From positions 17,719 through 81,718 of the forward strand of contig JBMORQ010000003.1 of NCBI GenBank assembly GCA_049322575.1: a stretch of DNA of 64,000 nucleotides. Reading direction: 5' to 3'. Shown here one piece after another: positions 58,282 through 64,000 of the stretch. The number at the start of each line of letters is the position of its first letter. Position 1 is the first letter of the stretch. The translations under genes were made by a program, and so were the position numbers. Under the pieces are notes generated by a model, which was not told where the DNA came from, searched no databases, and was given only the letters and a program-made list of their open reading frames with translations. Source of the DNA: Patescibacteria group bacterium. GTDB lineage: Bacteria; Patescibacteriota; Microgenomatia; UBA1400; PJMF01.

Positions 58282-58881
58282 CTACGTCTTGCTTTGAGCA
58301 AGCCGAGTTTTGAGTTTAAGTAGAGCTTGGTATCGGTGGCTAAGTTGGTTTTTTTGCTCTTGTCCCATTTCGGCAAAAGTTTGACGAAACCCATCCGGGA
58401 TAAAAAGTGGATCGTAACCAAAACCCTCTTGTCCACGGATTTCCCGTGCTATTTTTCCCTGGATTTGACCTTCAAAGTAGCGTGCGGTTTCGGTGGAAGG
58501 ATCAAACAAACACAAAACGGTAACAAAACGAGCCTGGCGTTGGTCATCTGGAATATCCGCTAGTCGCTCCAGCAGAGCATCATTTCTAGCGCGATCATCG
58601 CCAACCAGCCAACGAGCCGATTTAACGCCGGGAAAATTATCCAAAGCCTTAACCTCCAACCCAGAGTCATCAGCCACGGTTAACATGCCAGAGATCTCGG
58701 CAAAGGTTTGTGCTTTGATCAAGGCATTTTCAGCAAAAGTTTGACCTGTTTCCTCAACATCCAATCCGGTCACACCGCTTACTTCCGCCGGAGAAACTAA
58801 CGAAAAACCGAGGCCACCCAAAATTGAGCGCGCCTCGGCTAATTTACCTTGATTGTTTGTAGCAAAAAGAATATTGGCCAT
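58282..58881 (-). CDS. rdgB: Non-canonical purine NTP pyrophosphatase
   Basis: ATNNQGK, ENALIKA, ADDSGL, GFGYDP, SHR. Confidence 0.95.
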   Translation of the reverse strand: MANILFATNNQGKLAEARSILGGLGFSLVSPAEVSGVTGLDVEETGQTFAENALIKAQTFAEISGMLTVADDSGLEVKALDNFPGVKSARWLVGDDRARNDALLERLADIPDDQRQARFVTVLCLFDPSTETARYFEGQIQGKIAREIRGQEGFGYDPLFIPDGFRQTFAEMGQEQKNQLSHRYQALLKLKTRLAQSKT

Positions 58882-58898
58882 TCTTGCTTGCTAATTTT

Positions 58899-59183
58899 TT
58901 ATTTACCTGCGCCAAACAAACCACCCATTCCACCGGTCATCTCTTGAAGTTTTTTAGCAGCTAACTCTTGAGATTGCTTAATAGCTTTGTTTAGGACATC
59001 GACAGCTTCTTGGCTAGTGATACCTTGTACGGAAAAACGCTTGATTTTTTGATCACCAGAAATAACAACCATGATGTCACCTTCCTCGACTGTGATTTCC
59101 TCAGCTGCCAAGTCTTGTTGCATTTTCTTGGCTTGTTGACGTAAGTTGTTTAAGTCACCCAGAGCTTTGAAAGGGTTGTTCAT
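58899..59183 (-). CDS. ybaB: YbaB/EbfC nucleoid-associated protein
   Basis: QAKKMQQDL, VVISGDQKI, TGGM tail; near dnaX. Confidence 0.85.
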   Translation of the reverse strand: MNNPFKALGDLNNLRQQAKKMQQDLAAEEITVEEGDIMVVISGDQKIKRFSVQGITSQEAVDVLNKAIKQSQELAAKKLQEMTGGMGGLFGAGK

Positions 59184-59346
59184 ATTTTTCCTTAGACCGG
59201 TAACCCGGCACAACTAACAATATGGCTAGATTCTACTAAAGTTTGCGAAAAATGGGAATGTGAGGAAAGGGGGTTTATTAAAACTATGTGTTTGAAGATA
59301 CTTATCCATTGATAAGAACTGCTATCTCTATACAAACTTTATGTCT

Positions 59347-59997
59347 TCAAGAACCAGAAGCATTGTCGCTTTGGTTGAAATTGGATAAAAACTTTTCAAG
59401 TTCAGAATTTTGCTGGCAACTATTAAGTAGTTGACTCAAACTAAACCTGAAGAAAACCGGCCCCCTGTTCATTCCCATCACACGGTAAAAAATAAACGTC
59501 AACTGATCAGGAAAAGATGATTTGTGATAGTAAACAGCTTCTTCAAATAAAGAACCTCTTTGAAAACCAAACCTCTGTAGAAGATGCGCAAGGTTATCAT
59601 TAGCAAAACAAATGATCTCTTGCTCATTCGACTTAAAATATTCTTTTCTTGATAACTTCTCGATTAAACTTGAAAATCCTGTTGCCAACATTTGAAAAAT
59701 GTGTCTCTTAATACTATGTCCCACGTTTGGAATTTGATTTATATCAAAATCAACCCTGAAAGGCATAAAATGAAGTTCGTAACGACCACTATATTGCTGA
59801 AGAATTACGCCATGGTGTTCAAATTTCATCAGGTTTCCCTGATCATCAGTTATAATTGATGACTGGACGTTCCAGTCGTATTCCTTAACTAGCTTAGCAA
59901 CTTGATCAAGTATCTCACTGTATCTCTCTAACAATTCTTGGCCCTCGATGGGTCCCTCATTTTCACTGTAATCAGGTTGTTGTTCTTGTTCAGACAT
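59347..59997 (-). CDS. Hypothetical protein
   Basis: ~216-aa ORF co-oriented between dnaX and ybaB; no recognised motif. Confidence 0.55.
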   Translation of the reverse strand: MSEQEQQPDYSENEGPIEGQELLERYSEILDQVAKLVKEYDWNVQSSIITDDQGNLMKFEHHGVILQQYSGRYELHFMPFRVDFDINQIPNVGHSIKRHIFQMLATGFSSLIEKLSRKEYFKSNEQEIICFANDNLAHLLQRFGFQRGSLFEEAVYYHKSSFPDQLTFIFYRVMGMNRGPVFFRFSLSQLLNSCQQNSELEKFLSNFNQSDNASGS

Positions 59998-60026
59998 GTT
60001 TTTCAAGTTTATTTTGTTTATCTTTC

Positions 60027-61751
60027 TTACATCAAAACATCCTTGACCATGCCAGACAGATCTTCAGCTGGTTTAGTCACTTCCTTCAACTCTGTTTCTT
60101 TCGGCATTTCTTGAAGCAAAAAATTGAATTTGATTGGTACTCCAACTAGTTTTTGGCTACAAGCCTCAATCACCGAATAAAACTTAGGTAGTTGCAGCTG
60201 TTCTTGATGAAAACGATAATAAACCCCAACCTTGGCAGTTCCCTCTGAGGAAACCAAAGGGGTGCTTGATCGTAACAAAGCAGCCAAACTCGGGTTTTCT
60301 TGAGCAACAGTTCTAACGAAATCTTCCCATCTATCAAGCAAAAGCTGAGTCCGTCCCTCATCAGCTGTTGGCGGTGATTCCGGAATTGAGTCGGTTTTAC
60401 AAGACAAAGCCGTAACTTTATCTCCAAGCTCTTGAACTCTTTTAACCACTTCAACAGAACCAGCATCAACCTCAAGAGAAGCTATGTCTTTGTCTAGTTG
60501 TTCAGCAATCTCGGAATTTTTCACTATGTCTGAGAGGTCATTAGAATTTTTTTTTATGTCCTGGTCAGCCTGGGTTTGAACTGTAACCACCACTTTTTGC
60601 TTAGCCTGCTCTGGAGATGTCATGCCTCGGTTTTGCCCATTACCTGACCCATTGCCCTGGTTTTTATTTTTGGAACGTTCTAAGAGCTCCAAAAGCTTGA
60701 GCTCTAGAGGCAAGAACTCGATTGGCGATGCTAAGTTGGTGTTGATGGTTAAAAGCTCACTAGTCAAAAAACGAATTACAGGCTGGCTTGCAAAGGCGGA
60801 CGTCACCGGAGGCTGAGTCTCAAGGCCAAAACTTGATATTAAATGGCGATGTAGATAGTCAAAAAGTGATTTATAGAAAAATTTTTCATCAATATCTCGT
60901 TGTCGTAGATCTTCAAAAAATTGACAAACAGCCTGCTCGTTTTTGGCTAGGACTGCTTGTAAAAGCTTCTGCAAATCCTGCTCAAGATCGGTTCCAAGTA
61001 GTTGTTGGGCCTTATTCAGTTGGGTAGCACCAGCGTCGGCTAAGTGCTCTAAAAGTTTGACGGCATCGCGGAAACTGCCATCGGCTCGAGCCGCCACTAA
61101 CTCAAAGACTTCTGATTCAATTTTTAACTTCTCAGCAGAAGCAATACTTTTAAGTGCTGCAACGATTTCATCTAAATTTGCCTTACGAAACTCGATCTTG
61201 GTACATCTTGATACTATCGTAGCTGGTAACTTGTGCAACTCGGTTGTAGCCAAAATGAAAACTACATGCGGCGGCGGCTCCTCAAGGATTTTTAGCAAGG
61301 CGTTGAATGCCTCGGTTGTTAGCATGTGAGCTTCATCAAGGATGAAAACCGACATTTTCCCAGATTGAGGTGGAAGGAGGACGCGCTCGCGCAGCGAGCG
61401 CACATCGTCGATGCCTCGATTGCTGGCTGCATCCATCTCTTGAACAACAAACGACTGGCCATCAAAAATTCCTCGAGCAAAATCTGCCTCATTGTCTGGT
61501 TCCATTAGCACCATTTTTTTTGGAGCAGGCTTCTTAAAAAAAAGCGCGTCGACCACAGCGGCATTTTGAGGATCATTGAGCATGGCTCCTATAATACGAG
61601 ACGTCGAGGTTTTACCCGTTCCTTTAGGGCCGGCAAAAAGCAGCACCTGAGGAAAACTACCTTTTGCCATCATGGCCAAAATCACCTGTCGCACATTTGT
61701 TAGGTGTAGTTCCTCAATTTTTTTGGGCCGATATTTGCGAAACCAAGTCAT
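60027..61751 (-). CDS. dnaX: DNA polymerase III subunit gamma/tau
   Basis: RKYRP, GPKGTGKT, DAASNRGID, DEAHML, EEPP, SRC, GSFRDA. Confidence 0.95.
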   Translation of the reverse strand: MTWFRKYRPKKIEELHLTNVRQVILAMMAKGSFPQVLLFAGPKGTGKTSTSRIIGAMLNDPQNAAVVDALFFKKPAPKKMVLMEPDNEADFARGIFDGQSFVVQEMDAASNRGIDDVRSLRERVLLPPQSGKMSVFILDEAHMLTTEAFNALLKILEEPPPHVVFILATTELHKLPATIVSRCTKIEFRKANLDEIVAALKSIASAEKLKIESEVFELVAARADGSFRDAVKLLEHLADAGATQLNKAQQLLGTDLEQDLQKLLQAVLAKNEQAVCQFFEDLRQRDIDEKFFYKSLFDYLHRHLISSFGLETQPPVTSAFASQPVIRFLTSELLTINTNLASPIEFLPLELKLLELLERSKNKNQGNGSGNGQNRGMTSPEQAKQKVVVTVQTQADQDIKKNSNDLSDIVKNSEIAEQLDKDIASLEVDAGSVEVVKRVQELGDKVTALSCKTDSIPESPPTADEGRTQLLLDRWEDFVRTVAQENPSLAALLRSSTPLVSSEGTAKVGVYYRFHQEQLQLPKFYSVIEACSQKLVGVPIKFNFLLQEMPKETELKEVTKPAEDLSGMVKDVLM

Positions 61752-61848
61752 TTTTATCTTTTGCAAAAAATAATCGGTTGATAATGGTCACACTACCAAT
61801 AAGCCAGCCACATACTAACTTACAGATCTCAGAAAACAGAATCAACTA

Positions 61849-62238
61849 CTAATCGTGGTGATAACCAAGTAGATGCATTAAACCGTGTTCTAAGTAAAAA
61901 CACAATCGATCATCCACTAGCTTTCCGTATCGCCTTGCTGTCTCTACCGCAAAAGGATAGCAAATGACGATATCACCTAGATGTGGTAAAAAACCCGGTG
62001 GTAAAGGAAAATCTTGCAATTGGTTACGTTCATGCTGAGGAAAAGATAAAACATCTGTCACACCCTGGTGTCGTAGCCGCTCCTCATTGAGTTGTTGAAT
62101 CTTTCTTTTGCCAACAATCGAGACATCAACTTGGGCATTCTCAATTTTATGTGCCTTTAATACTCGATCGACCGTTTGACGCATTTTTTTGCGATTTATT
62201 AAATATCTCGAACCAACAAATAAATGTGTTTTTATCAT
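61849..62238 (-). CDS. ybeY: rRNA maturation endonuclease YbeY
   Basis: TDVLSFP, LGDIVIC, HGLMHLLGYHH. Confidence 0.95.
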   Translation of the reverse strand: MIKTHLFVGSRYLINRKKMRQTVDRVLKAHKIENAQVDVSIVGKRKIQQLNEERLRHQGVTDVLSFPQHERNQLQDFPLPPGFLPHLGDIVICYPFAVETARRYGKLVDDRLCFYLEHGLMHLLGYHHD

Positions 62239-62247
62239 ATTTTTCTG

Positions 62248-63150
62248 CTATTTATTTGCAAATGAGTTGTCCTGTGAGGCAAGTTGCTGCTTGTCTTCCC
62301 ACTTCAGACTAATCGGACCTAGGGGAATTTTATCTTCCGGATCATCAACAAAAAGCAACATTACCTTGCCTTTAGTCTTTGGACTCCATATCTTGCCTTC
62401 TCGGATCACTTCCGGTGACCCGCCCGACTGTTTTTTAACCCACATGGCAGGACCAGCATCAGCTACCACGCCAACCACGGCTACTTCTTCGGCTGGATTG
62501 ATCACAACCATTTTGCGATATTTGTACCATGGCTTAAGTTCAGGATAGTTTTCATTCCAATCAGGCAGATACATTAGCTGAACAGCGAAGTAGTATTTTT
62601 CACGCTCTATGGCTTTTTTTGTTAGCTCACCGCTCTCCAAAAACCAACCAAAAGCACCTCGATTTGGTGCAATGCCAGCCTCTTGATAGGCATCGTGTTG
62701 GTCTAGGGTATCTCCTGGATAGCGTTTGAGATGCTGCTCCGAGCCCATTATTCCAATCGTGTGATTCAACCTATGACCATCGAGCTCTGCCGTAACTTCA
62801 AAGCCCAACATATCCGCTAATTGCTGTTCCAAATACAACTCGTCATCAGATTTCAAATGACCTGCTGGCATGTTAACATAGCTCACCATCTTACCGATGA
62901 TCTCCTGATGCTCTTCCTGAGTGATTTTTACTGTCAAAGGGTCAGGTTTTTCCTGTTCTTGCGCCTGGACCGAGGTAGGATTGACTGGACTTGGGTTATT
63001 CATGGCCACCTGACCAGCAAAAGAAATAGCTGCTAAGAACTGTTGTGACTTACTTTTCAGAGATTTGTCATCCTTGGCCTTAACCAACCCCAAAGAGTTT
63101 GTATTCTGGGCAGAAGACTGGACACTGATGGCTGGCAGACTATCCGGCAT
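62248..63150 (-). CDS. Hypothetical protein with possible RlpA/DPBB-like C-terminal domain
   Basis: KMVVINP...VVGVVADAGP resembles the DPBB V.V.DRGP motif. Confidence 0.5.
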   Translation of the reverse strand: MPDSLPAISVQSSAQNTNSLGLVKAKDDKSLKSKSQQFLAAISFAGQVAMNNPSPVNPTSVQAQEQEKPDPLTVKITQEEHQEIIGKMVSYVNMPAGHLKSDDELYLEQQLADMLGFEVTAELDGHRLNHTIGIMGSEQHLKRYPGDTLDQHDAYQEAGIAPNRGAFGWFLESGELTKKAIEREKYYFAVQLMYLPDWNENYPELKPWYKYRKMVVINPAEEVAVVGVVADAGPAMWVKKQSGGSPEVIREGKIWSPKTKGKVMLLFVDDPEDKIPLGPISLKWEDKQQLASQDNSFANK

Positions 63151-63159
63151 ATGTTTGTC

Positions 63160-64000
63160 TTACTTTTTACTCTGCAAAAAAAGAATAGCTTGCTGTATGC
63201 GTCTAAAGCTTTCTTCTTGACCTAAAACTGTCATGACTTCAAACAGGGGCGGGGTGGCTTTGCGGGCCGTAACAGCCGACCTCAGCGCCATAAAGACGTC
63301 TTTATGCTTCCAACCAAGTTGATCGGCACATCCCCGGACTGCTGCTTCCCACAAATCCGCACGCCACTCATTCAATTCTTTAAGAGTCGTTAATACTAGC
63401 TGTAAAGCTTGGCTCATTTCCTCTGGTGAATGCTTCTGTAGAATGTCATCAAGATCATAGTTTAAGTCAGTTTCGTAATACATGGCTAGCAGCTCTGGTA
63501 ATTCGCCAAATATCTTGAGACGCTCGTGACTCAAGGATAGCGCACTTCTAAAAAGATCTGGCTTGCTTTTCTGCCAATCGAGTAACTGGGAGGCGCCTTT
63601 TTTGATGTTTTGGTCGGCACCTTTTGCCACTACCCATTCGGCCCACTGCAAAACTTCTTTTAAGAGTTCATCCAAAGATGTGTGACGAATGTAATGTCCA
63701 TTGAGCCAAGTGAGTTTGGTAACATCAAAGATTGGACCGGTCACATTGAGTTGCTCCCACTCAAATTCCTCAAGCATCTTTTGGCGATCAAAAATCTCTG
63801 ACTCATCGTCTGGTTTCCATATAATCATGGCCAGAAAATTCTCGAAGGCCTGCGGTAAAAACCCCTGCTCACGGTACCACCAGATAGAGGTATTCCCCTT
63901 GCGTTTCGACAGTTTGGAGCGGTCTGGATTGCGCAAGGTCGGTGTGTGAATAAAAACTGGAGGTTCCCATGAGAAAAATTCGTATAGCAAAACATGTTTA
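63160..64000 (-). CDS. gltX: Glutamate--tRNA ligase, C-terminal part (runs off window)
   Basis: SKLSKRKG (KMSKS-like), FDVTKLTWLNGHYIR, LRSAVT..TPPLFE. Confidence 0.93.
   Translation of the reverse strand, partial: KHVLLYEFFSWEPPVFIHTPTLRNPDRSKLSKRKGNTSIWWYREQGFLPQAFENFLAMIIWKPDDESEIFDRQKMLEEFEWEQLNVTGPIFDVTKLTWLNGHYIRHTSLDELLKEVLQWAEWVVAKGADQNIKKGASQLLDWQKSKPDLFRSALSLSHERLKIFGELPELLAMYYETDLNYDLDDILQKHSPEEMSQALQLVLTTLKELNEWRADLWEAAVRGCADQLGWKHKDVFMALRSAVTARKATPPLFEVMTVLGQEESFRRIQQAILFLQSKK

Overview
This looks like a chromosomal window from a small-genome bacterium, most likely Patescibacteria/CPR (Microgenomates-like). That assignment is inferred from the gene set and protein style; translation uses standard code 11. 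From left to right it contains: an envelope-glycan locus (LCP, rfbB/rfbD, rmd/gmd, two polyprenol-phosphate GT2 enzymes, three GT-C transferases), a sensor-less kinase plus OmpR-type regulator, tRNA-Gln, housekeeping genes (sppA, prmC, dsbA, recJ, cca, secDF, rseP, frr, rfbA), an accessory region at about 34-51 kb, and a final housekeeping/carbohydrate block (glgP, fbaB, rdgB, ybaB, dnaX, ybeY, gltX). The most striking element is a four-gene SipW/TasA operon (34574-40396, minus strand). It reads as a complete donor-strand-exchange pilus: major pilin, SipW peptidase, a large tip subunit with an internal second donor-like strand, and a donor-less membrane-anchored base subunit. It is preceded by a promoter with an A9 spacer tract and a structured leader. 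Other notable signals are a ~163-bp MITE-like family (2 full copies, 1 internally deleted copy, 1 lone end), an A9 slippage site in dnaX, several apparently leaderless genes, a translation-locked small membrane ORF, and an orphan ~780-aa PLP-fold protein. All functional calls come from motif recognition by eye; no searches were run.
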